This document shows, in pieces, positions 1-6,230 of a stretch of 10,094 bases of DNA. Each line of letters opens with the position of its first letter. The first letter of the stretch is position 1. The DNA is from a bacterium. GTDB lineage: Bacteria > Zixibacteria > MSB-5A5 > GN15 > FEB-12. The notes beneath the pieces were generated by a model. The model was not told the DNA's origin. It searched no databases and was given only the letters and a program-made list of their open reading frames with translations. The DNA lies in contig JBDRNJ010000054.1 in assembly GCA_043811375.1 (NCBI GenBank), forward strand, positions 1 through 10,094. Reading direction: 5' to 3'. Position numbers and translations under genes: made by a program.

Positions 1-408
1 GCACCGCCTGCAGGCGGTGCATCTGTAGAATAGGCTGAGCATTTCGTCAATGATCGGTTCCGTCAACTCGAAACCACCCGAGAACTTCGCCTTCATCCAC
101 CCGCCAATCGTGAAGTATCTCTTGTAGGTGTTGAGGAGCAGATTGGTACGATAGCATGGAATATCCTTGGGGTCACCGGTGGCGAGGAAGACAGGACATG
201 TGACCGCACACCGGTTGCATTTGGCGCTCGAGGAACAGTAGGAGTCGAGCAAGGGTTTGTAGTCGGTGTATTCCAATACTGCTGCAAACGCCTCCAGGAA
301 TCTCTCTACCCGGTGCTCTGTTACCGGATTCTCGATATAGTACGGATACGTTCGTGTCGTGGCCGTATCCACCATCGTCGCATTAGTCATTTCCGTTCCT
401 GTGCTCAT
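1..408 (-). CDS. (Fe-S)-binding oxidoreductase subunit, HdrD/DsrK/HmcF-like; N-terminal 136 aa, runs off the left edge
   Basis: Not in the ORF track. Manual translation from ATG 408: MSTGTEMTNATMVDTATTRTYPYYIENPVTEHRVERFLEAFAAVLEYTDYKPLLDSYCSSSAKCNRCAVTCPVFLATGDPKDIPCYRTNLLLNTYKRYFTIGGWMKAKFSGGFELTEPIIDEMLSLFYRCTACRRC, open to position 1. Two ferredoxin-type Cys clusters (xxCxxCxxxCP and YRCTACRRC) with DsrK/HmcF-like spacing. Alternative start ATG 390. Confidence 0.85.
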   Translation of the reverse strand, partial: MSTGTEMTNATMVDTATTRTYPYYIENPVTEHRVERFLEAFAAVLEYTDYKPLLDSYCSSSAKCNRCAVTCPVFLATGDPKDIPCYRTNLLLNTYKRYFTIGGWMKAKFSGGFELTEPIIDEMLSLFYRCTACRRC

Positions 409-451
409 AGTATCATAAGCCTCGAGTCAGATTGATCTGCCTGAAACAGTC

Positions 452-467
452 TGCAAATGCCATACCA
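452..467 (-). promoter_or_regulatory. sigma54 (-24/-12) promoter for the leftward Fe-S gene
   Basis: Minus strand reads TGGTATGGCATTTGCA: exact GG-N10-GC spacing, close to TGGCACGN4TTGCW, about 45 nt upstream of ATG 408. Confidence 0.8.
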
Positions 468-616
468 ATTCATCGCTAGACCCGCATTCAATACCTGTCA
501 GAGATTCGCCTCAGTCGGTCTAACGGCTCGGAACTTGCAATGAGATGTGCTGGTTTCGAGTATCTCCTAAATCGGACTCTTGGCCGAGAGAGACACGGCA
601 ACGCTCTGAGAAAGGC

Positions 617-636
617 TGACCACAAGTGGGTGGTCA
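617..636. promoter_or_regulatory. perfect inverted repeat TGACCAC-N6-GTGGTCA, candidate operator
   Basis: 7-bp perfect arms with a 6-bp spacer in the divergent intergenic region. A further TGACCAC half-site lies at 820-826. Confidence 0.4.
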
Positions 637-637
637 C

Positions 638-686
638 TGTCGCATGTGTTGCAACGTTTCGATGCGGCGCAACAGGTGTCGCGACA
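638..686. promoter_or_regulatory. candidate upstream activator sequences (bEBP enhancer)
   Basis: Cluster of TGTYGC/GCRACA half-sites: TGTCGCA-N5-TGCAACG (638-656), GCAACA (669-674), perfect palindrome TGTCGCGACA (677-686). About 170-190 bp from each sigma54 promoter. Confidence 0.6.
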
Positions 687-873
687 GATTTCGCGGAGGA
701 GGACAACGCTCATGGCAAGATCACGGTCAGATTGCCAACGAGACTTCGGGATTGCGTCAAGCAGTAGACTGTTGCCCGAGTTGGTTGAGCGAGGCCCGGC
801 AGCATTGGGCGGTCGCAGATGACCACGACCAATACAGAGATTTAGAGTCCGACGTTATTGGCGCGCGACAATC

Positions 874-889
874 GGGCATGTAAGTTGCA
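874..889 (+). promoter_or_regulatory. sigma54 (-24/-12) promoter for the rightward operon
   Basis: GGGCATGTAAGTTGCA with GG(875-876)-N10-GC(887-888), followed by RBS AAGGAG (907-912) and ATG 919. Confidence 0.8.
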
Positions 890-918
890 GGGGAGTGACC
901 TGAACTAAGGAGACGACC

Positions 919-1953
919 ATGCGTTATGGCATTCCGCTGCTGAAAAACCGAGTCTCGCCACGGTGCACCATTGCCGACTCCGTGATGCTGGTGAGTCACG
1001 CTCATGGAAGGCCGGGACAACATCGTGTGATTCCGCTCGAGAACGGAGCCTGGACGGGTTTGATTCGGCTTCTTCTTGAGAATCAGGTTGATACCCTGGT
1101 CGCTGGTGGAATTGACCGAGAGACGCAACAAATGCTGGCCTCGTATGGACTGACCGTCATTGACAACGTTGCCTGCTCGGCTGCCGAGGTGCTGAAAGCG
1201 GCTACCCAGGGCACGTTGCAGCCGGGCTATGGCTTTTCTGAAGAATCTCATAAGTCACACGATGTTCCAACGATCCCGGGTGATGCAACTGGCCATGACG
1301 CGCAGAATCGTGGTCTGGTGTCGCAGCCATGGCAAGTGCGTGATAGCCAACTCGTAGGGTTCGACTGCCTGAGTTGCACCGATCGGGTATGCCTTCGTGG
1401 CGAACCATGTTATCCGGCCGCAGCCGACTCCTACATGGCGTCCCTAGCCACGAATCGAGCCGTTCTGGAGGTCGCCAGAGACATTTCGTGCGAGGAGGAT
1501 CGACAGCTGTGCCGAGTAGCGGAACTGGTCTATTTCTGCCTGGGTATGAGGTACTCCCGAATTGGAATTGCGTACTGCATCGACCTGATGGAGCCTGCTG
1601 GAGTTCTGACCGGCTTGCTGCGGCGCTTCTTTGACGTATTTCCGGTATGCTGCAAGGTCGGGGGAATACAGGTTTCTGATCCGCTTACTGGGGCACTTGA
1701 GCACGGTACCGAAGCGTCAGGTTCCTGCGTGGCGTGCAACCCAGCGGGACAGGCAGAAATTCTCAACCGCCTCAATACCGACATCAACATCGTCGTCGGG
1801 CTGTGTATGGGTGTCGACTGCCTATTCGCGCAGGCCAGCCGGGCACCAGTGTCGACCCTCTTTGTGAAGGACAAGTCATTAGTGAATAATCCTATCGGAG
1901 CCATTTACTCCGATTACTATTTGAATGAAGTGACGCGGACTCCGGCTCCGTAG
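919..1953 (+). CDS. fusion of an N-terminal NifB/NifX (FeMo-cofactor biosynthesis-like) domain and a C-terminal DUF1847 Cys-rich putative metal-binding domain
   Basis: The first ~110 aa (GIPLLKNRVSPR...VDTLVAGGID...YGLTVI) fit the NifX/NifB fold. After a linker come CxxCx4Cx5C and DUF1847 hallmarks RIGIAYC, VCCKVGGI, CNPAGQAEILN, NIVVGLCMG, TLFVKD..NP. Strong RBS. Confidence 0.85.
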   Translation: MRYGIPLLKNRVSPRCTIADSVMLVSHAHGRPGQHRVIPLENGAWTGLIRLLLENQVDTLVAGGIDRETQQMLASYGLTVIDNVACSAAEVLKAATQGTLQPGYGFSEESHKSHDVPTIPGDATGHDAQNRGLVSQPWQVRDSQLVGFDCLSCTDRVCLRGEPCYPAAADSYMASLATNRAVLEVARDISCEEDRQLCRVAELVYFCLGMRYSRIGIAYCIDLMEPAGVLTGLLRRFFDVFPVCCKVGGIQVSDPLTGALEHGTEASGSCVACNPAGQAEILNRLNTDINIVVGLCMGVDCLFAQASRAPVSTLFVKDKSLVNNPIGAIYSDYYLNEVTRTPAP

Positions 1954-1980
1954 AACGTGTAGATTTATGGAGGTACATAT

Positions 1981-2511
1981 ATGACAAGGCAACGTTTGTA
2001 TGCCGTCGGCTACTGCGCCCACTACTCCCACCAGGGCGACTGGGCATTTGAGTATGCCCTCAGGCTGTCTCAGGGCAACGGTCTGCAACTGAATGTATTC
2101 CACTTTCTGGAGAATCCGTATGATCCTTCGGACGACACCGGCGGCAACCTCTCAGCCTCGGAACGTGCGAAAGTTGCGATCGATCGCGAGCGCGAGTTGC
2201 GGCTGTATTACGACAAGCGGGCTGGAGACTACCTCAATGTTGGTTTCCGCTTCTGCGAGGATAATGAATGGACCGAGTTGCATCGCTGCTTGCTGGTTAG
2301 GGAGTTTCAGGTGCTGGTTCTGGCAAACATTTCACCCGAGTGCGTCTTCGCCGGCAAACCGATCGAGGATTTTGCCCACGCCTTTGTATCTCCCGTGGTA
2401 CTCGTGGGACCGGATAAATCGGACCGAATCCGCCTCAACAGCCGAGCGGCATTGATTGCCCCTGAGCTGGGACTGGCCGATCGAGCATGGGATCAGATTG
2501 TGCACGTCTAG
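1981..2511 (+). CDS. universal stress protein (Usp)-like, divergent
   Basis: N-terminal beta-helix-beta pattern AVGYCAHYSHQGDWAFEYALRLSQGNGLQLNVFHFL and C-terminal SPVVLVG resemble the Usp fold. RBS GGAGG at 1969-1973; 27 bp after the upstream stop. Confidence 0.7.
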   Translation: MTRQRLYAVGYCAHYSHQGDWAFEYALRLSQGNGLQLNVFHFLENPYDPSDDTGGNLSASERAKVAIDRERELRLYYDKRAGDYLNVGFRFCEDNEWTELHRCLLVREFQVLVLANISPECVFAGKPIEDFAHAFVSPVVLVGPDKSDRIRLNSRAALIAPELGLADRAWDQIVHV

Positions 2512-2571
2512 GTCGGGGTGCGTTTCCCTGTCGCTGGCCGAATGTTGATCAGATTCTGCTCCCGGTAGAGG

Positions 2572-2607
2572 TTGGATTCGCTCAACTGAGATGGTATATA
2601 GTATAAT
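2572..2607 (+). promoter_or_regulatory. possible sigma70 promoter for the activator gene
   Basis: Perfect TATAAT at 2602-2607, or TTGGAT(2572)-N17-TATATA(2595) with an extended TG. The -35 is weak. Confidence 0.45.
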
Positions 2608-2663
2608 GCATTCTGAAACTCGGCAGGCAGATTACTGCCTGATAACTATCCGGAGCTTGGGCT

Positions 2664-3971
2664 ATGTGTGAGAAGTTGGGCGAACTCATATTCAACAGTA
2701 TCACTGATGGTGTCTTCACTGTCGATGAGAAATGCAGGATAACTTCGTTCAATCAGGCTGCCGAGAAGATCACCGGCTTCAGAACATCTGAGGCCGTTGG
2801 AAAGCATTGCTTTGACATCTTCCGAACTGAGATCTGTCATAAGCAGTGTGCCCTTAAAGATACGTTACGTCGCCATGACCCGGTCGAAAATGCCCGAGTG
2901 ACGATCGTAACGCGAGACGGTCGCGAGGTTCCAATCAGCGTGACCACAACCATTCTCAAGGATGAGAGTGGCACTGCCATTGGGGCAGTGGAGTTTTTTC
3001 GGGACGTATCGGAGATCGAACACCTGCGCAACAAACTGGAGCAGAAGGAAACACTCAACGAGATTGTGAGCGTAAGTTCGGCCATGCAGCAATTGATTTT
3101 CATGCTGCCCGACATCGCTGAGTCCGAGTGCAATGTTCTGATCCTTGGCCCCAGCGGTAGCGGAAAGGAACTGTTTGCCCAGGTTATCCACAGTCTCAGT
3201 CCCCGTCGGTACGGACCACACGTCAAGATTAACTGCGCCGCACTACCTGAGAACTTACTTGAGTCGGAGCTTTTCGGCTACACCAAGGGTGCCTTCACCG
3301 ATGCCAAGCGCGACAAACCGGGACAGTTTAGCCTGGCCAACGACGGCACCTTACTGCTTGATGAAGTCTGCGAGATGGCAGTAGCCTTGCAGGTGAAGCT
3401 GCTGCGAGTTCTTAATGACGGCGAATACCGTCCGCTCGGCTCAGCCAAGACCCTGCATACCAATGCCCGTATCATAGCAGCCACGAATGCCGACCCGCAG
3501 GAGTTCATTGCAAAGGGACGGTTCCGGGAGGATCTCTACTATCGTCTGAACGTCGTAGAAATACGGATACCACCACTCAAGGATAGACCGGAAGATATCC
3601 CTCTGCTGGTAAACCACTATTTGAAGCGATTTCAGAAAAAGAGCCGGAAGAAAATCAGGAGAGTCTCCCCGGAAGCGATCGCGGTACTTAAGAAGTGTCC
3701 TTTCCCTGGAAACGTCCGTGAACTGGAAAACGCCATAGACCATGCTTTTGTGATGTGCCACGGGGAGGAGATTCAGGTTGAGCACTTACCCCACCATGTA
3801 GTTGCCCAGAGTGCCTCAAATGGCAAGCCACGACCTGTGGCAGATAATGAGAAGTCGTTCATACTGAAAGCTCTAGAGCGAAATCGGGGAAACAAGAGCA
3901 GGGCGGCGATTGAATTGGGCATGCATCGTGCGACGCTCTGGCGCAAGATCAAGACCTACGGTATTGAGTGA
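2664..3971 (+). CDS. sigma54-dependent enhancer-binding protein (PAS - AAA+ - Fis-type HTH), OrpR-like
   Basis: PAS domain (DGVFTVD..ITSFNQAAEKITG) with C49-x8-C58-x3-C62. Walker A GPSGSGKE, ESELFGY, GAFTDA, Walker B LLLDEV, FREDLYYRL, PGNVREL, C-terminal HTH NKSRAAIELGMHRATLWRK. No receiver domain. Confidence 0.95.
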   Translation: MCEKLGELIFNSITDGVFTVDEKCRITSFNQAAEKITGFRTSEAVGKHCFDIFRTEICHKQCALKDTLRRHDPVENARVTIVTRDGREVPISVTTTILKDESGTAIGAVEFFRDVSEIEHLRNKLEQKETLNEIVSVSSAMQQLIFMLPDIAESECNVLILGPSGSGKELFAQVIHSLSPRRYGPHVKINCAALPENLLESELFGYTKGAFTDAKRDKPGQFSLANDGTLLLDEVCEMAVALQVKLLRVLNDGEYRPLGSAKTLHTNARIIAATNADPQEFIAKGRFREDLYYRLNVVEIRIPPLKDRPEDIPLLVNHYLKRFQKKSRKKIRRVSPEAIAVLKKCPFPGNVRELENAIDHAFVMCHGEEIQVEHLPHHVVAQSASNGKPRPVADNEKSFILKALERNRGNKSRAAIELGMHRATLWRKIKTYGIE

Positions 3972-4181
3972 GGATCTATGGGTCGACGTACAACGTGGCA
4001 CCCCGTCACCGCTCTGTTTCGAAGTAGGAACTTCTGAGGCTATCTCAATTGTGATAGACGGTGTTTGACTCGAAAGTCATTTATCTCTGAGAGGTTCCTG
4101 TTAGGACGCCGTTTATTCTTCCTTGTTCAGTTTTGCCATTCTTGCGCCTGCGAGAGCCTGCCAACTGACAAGTACGGTCTC

Positions 4182-4297
4182 TTCTAAAGCTTTTCTAAGA
4201 GAACAAGCCAAACCATTAGACAAAACAAGACAACACCAGACAAAACAACTGCAGCTAAGTCTTTGCTGTTGTTGTCTCTTGGTGTCTGGTGTCATCT
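4182..4297. repeat. att-arm-like repeat array 1
   Basis: TTCTAA twice at 11-bp period (4182, 4193). Three tandem 10-mers AGACAAAACA/AGACAACACC/AGACAAAACA (4218-4247). IHF-like TAA-N4-TTGCTG (4256-4268). Three inverted related 10-mers GTTGTTGTCT/CTTGGTGTCT/GGTGTCATCT (4268-4297). Confidence 0.7.
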
Positions 4298-4317
4298 CTT
4301 GTTAGACCTGCGGAAAT

Positions 4318-4340
4318 GGCTCATAACCCGAAGGTCGTAG
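4318..4340 (+). other. 23-nt internal fragment of initiator tRNA-Met(CAT); probable att core remnant
   Basis: GGCTCATAACCCGAAGGTCGTAG matches the conserved bacterial tRNA-fMet anticodon loop, 3' stem and variable region. No 5' half precedes it and no T-loop (GTTCRA) follows. Confidence 0.8.
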
Positions 4341-4561
4341 TTTTGGTAGTCTTCGGAGTGGAATGCAATCTGATTGTCTACCGCATGAGGACAGGCGCCG
4401 GAGAGTGACGGAGATACTGGAGTGGTTACGTACAGGAAGGCGAGACGTCGCACCGAATCGATTGGCTGCTGCCGGCTGCCACCGGTCGGATTAAAGCCAT
4501 CCACCGCGGGTCGGGAATACTAACGTGAGCTATAGATGTCTATTGGCGACCGGTTCGCAGG

Positions 4562-4668
4562 GTGTCCAAATAGTGTCCATTGGAGAGCCAGAATGCGGTC
4601 ACGTGGTCCAAGTTGGTCCAAGCAATGCGTTGCAGTAAGCGTATGTCCGTCATCGTATTTTGTTGATT
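4562..4668. repeat. att-arm-like repeat array 2
   Basis: GTGTCCA twice at 11-bp period (4562, 4573). TGGTCCAAG twice at 10-bp period (4604, 4614). IHF-like AATCAA-N4-ATA on the minus strand (4656-4668). Confidence 0.7.
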
Positions 4669-4699
4669 GTCAGTCGTTTGGAGATTCGCCCGGATCGGA

Positions 4700-4738
4700 C
4701 CCTGAACGCAGCGCGTCTACCAATTTCACCACTTCGGC
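4700..4738 (-). pseudogene. 5' half of tRNA-Leu(CAG), truncated at the end of the anticodon loop
   Basis: Minus strand GCCGAAGTGGTGAAATTGGTAGACGCGCTGCGTTCAGGG gives the acceptor 5' strand, a Leu-type D-arm, anticodon stem 5' strand CTGCG and loop TTCAGGG. The expected CGCAG is replaced by TCCGA; no 3' half was found in the window. Confidence 0.9.
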
Positions 4739-4750
4739 ATCCGGGCTGTA

Positions 4751-4778
4751 AGTATATGTCAGGCCGGGCAAAATGCAA
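4751..4778 (-). promoter_or_regulatory. sigma70 promoter upstream of the tRNA-Leu half
   Basis: TTGCAT-N16-TATACT on the minus strand, then a GC-rich discriminator-like segment; the -10 box is 12 nt upstream of the tRNA 5' end. Confidence 0.7.
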
Positions 4779-5213
4779 CCGGAAAATTGGTTACATCTTT
4801 GTTGGCGCGCATGACTTGACACGAAGCATTTGTGCGGTTTCATTCTCTGTACTGAAACACATGACCCGTTGAGTTGATCGTGGCAAGGAGGGCTTTCACA
4901 ACGTCCAGACAAACCACTATCGTCCGTTGGCTGGTGACTTTACTGCCTTTCATAGTGTATGTATGTCTGACGTTACCGCTTGCCGACTGGATCATTGATG
5001 ACGCAGGGATATCCTACAGCTACGCTCGCAATCTGGCGTCAGGCAACGGCCTGGTAGCTCAGCCAGGGTTGGAACCGGTAGGTCGAGGATATCTTCCATT
5101 CAGGAGAATATGCTATCGGGGTTTGGATGACACTGGTAAGTCTGACAGGAGCCGTGGCTCTGTTGGCTCTTGCTTGTACGTCGTCAGACAATTCGGACAC
5201 GGTGCTCCTTAAG

Positions 5214-6230
5214 CTAAGACACAGTTTGCCTCATGGCAATGGCTTTTCGGTACTCAGTTCTCCTTCGGTTAATGGTCTCCCGTTTGGTTCGTTCTCTCTG
5301 CTCTAAGATCGCTGCCGCACGACCTGTGTAAGCGTCCGCCGGGGTCACATTATCCAGCGATTCATGGTACCGCCAGTGGTTATAGTGATCCACGAACTGG
5401 GCGATCTCGGCTTTCAGGTCGTCCGGACTGTAATAATTGTCCAACAGCAGGACGTTCTTCATCGACCGGTGATACCGCTCAATCTTCCCCTGGGTCATGG
5501 GGTGGTACGGCTTGCCGCGGGTATGAGTAAACCCCTGGTCGGCCAGGTACTTCTTCAATTCGCCTGAGATATAGCACGGCCCGTTGTCCGAGAGCAGCCT
5601 CGGTCGGTGGTTGACATAGACATGATCAACCCCGGAGACCGCGATGGCGTCGTCGATGGTCGCCTTGACATCCTCGGCCGACATGCCCGAGCAGAGCCGC
5701 CAGGCCAGGATGTACCGGGAGTAGTCATCCATCACCGTTGACAGATAGTACCAGCCCCAATGGATGATCTTCAGATAGGTGAAATCGGTCTGCCAGAGCT
5801 GGTTCACTCGGGTCGTCGGTTGGTCGAACTTGTCCTTGGCACTCAGGACGGTGTAGGCCGGACTGGTGATCAGGTCGTTGACCTTCAGGATCCGGTACAC
5901 ACTCGATTCCGAGATGTAATATCCTTGAGTATCAGTCAGATACCAGGCCAACTCCCGGGGAGACTTGTCCAGATGCTCCAGGGCCGTCTCAACTACTCGC
6001 TTCTTCACCCAAGGCGGGATGGCATTCCAGAACTGGCGACGGTGTGAGGTCCGGTCGATCAGAGCCTCAACGCCTCGCTCTTGGTAGCGCCGGTACCAGG
6101 CATAGAAGGTGCTCCGGTTGATGTCCAGCTCCCGCAGGGTCCGTCTGATCCCCAGAGAGGAGTCTTCCACCACTCGAATGATCTCCAGCTTTTCTGACTG
6201 ACTGTGACGCATATGACGCTGTCGCCTCAC
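5214..6230 (-). CDS. IS transposase OrfB (HTH + rve integrase core)
   Basis: WQTDFTY, LLSDNG and QGKIER give a DD(35)E triad. N-terminal HTH-like IRRTLRELDINRSTFYAWY. Confidence 0.95.
   Translation of the reverse strand: MRRQRHMRHSQSEKLEIIRVVEDSSLGIRRTLRELDINRSTFYAWYRRYQERGVEALIDRTSHRRQFWNAIPPWVKKRVVETALEHLDKSPRELAWYLTDTQGYYISESSVYRILKVNDLITSPAYTVLSAKDKFDQPTTRVNQLWQTDFTYLKIIHWGWYYLSTVMDDYSRYILAWRLCSGMSAEDVKATIDDAIAVSGVDHVYVNHRPRLLSDNGPCYISGELKKYLADQGFTHTRGKPYHPMTQGKIERYHRSMKNVLLLDNYYSPDDLKAEIAQFVDHYNHWRYHESLDNVTPADAYTGRAAAILEQRERTKRETINRRRTEYRKAIAMRQTVS

Noticed and set aside
1..20. Perfect 20-bp palindrome GCACCGCCTGCAGGCGGTGC
   Set aside because: It lies within the codons of the conserved CTACRRC motif; TGC/GCA codon symmetry explains it.
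488..883. Short ORFs 488-706, 540-767 and 626-883
   Set aside because: No recognisable motifs, and they overlap the enhancer and promoter region between two divergent genes.
4218..4622. CRISPR array or iteron origin
   Set aside because: The repeats are 6-10 bp with no unique 25-40 bp spacers, and there are no cas or rep genes.
4340..4699. Group I or II intron inside tRNA-Leu
   Set aside because: No 3' exon in the window, no GTGCG start or recognisable catalytic core; the adjoining DNA looks like an att arm. It cannot be fully excluded without a covariance-model search.
4802..4846. sigma54-like TTGGCGCG and sigma70-like TTGACA upstream of 4874
   Set aside because: No GC at the -12 position and no convincing -10 at 16-18 bp spacing. 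TTGGCGCG at 858 fails the same way.
4113..4912. Short ORFs of 60-80 aa in the intergenic region; possible integrase remnant
   Set aside because: They are translations of the repeats and tRNA fragments; no tyrosine-recombinase motifs were seen.
5048..5066. tRNA-like 5' sequence GGCCTGGTAGCTCAGCC
   Set aside because: It encodes the family-typical GLVAQPG protein motif and has no further cloverleaf; coincidental.
5127..5200. Apparent lipoprotein signal MTLVSLTGAVALLALA-C
   Set aside because: The Cys codon is the TGT end of the IS; the pre-insertion sequence reads LALAFY.
5364..6047. Plus-strand ORFs inside the IS, and other antisense ORFs over the main genes (e.g. 757-1251, 1530-1904, 2837-3226, 9424-9816)
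   Set aside because: Shadow frames of well-supported genes, with no independent motifs.
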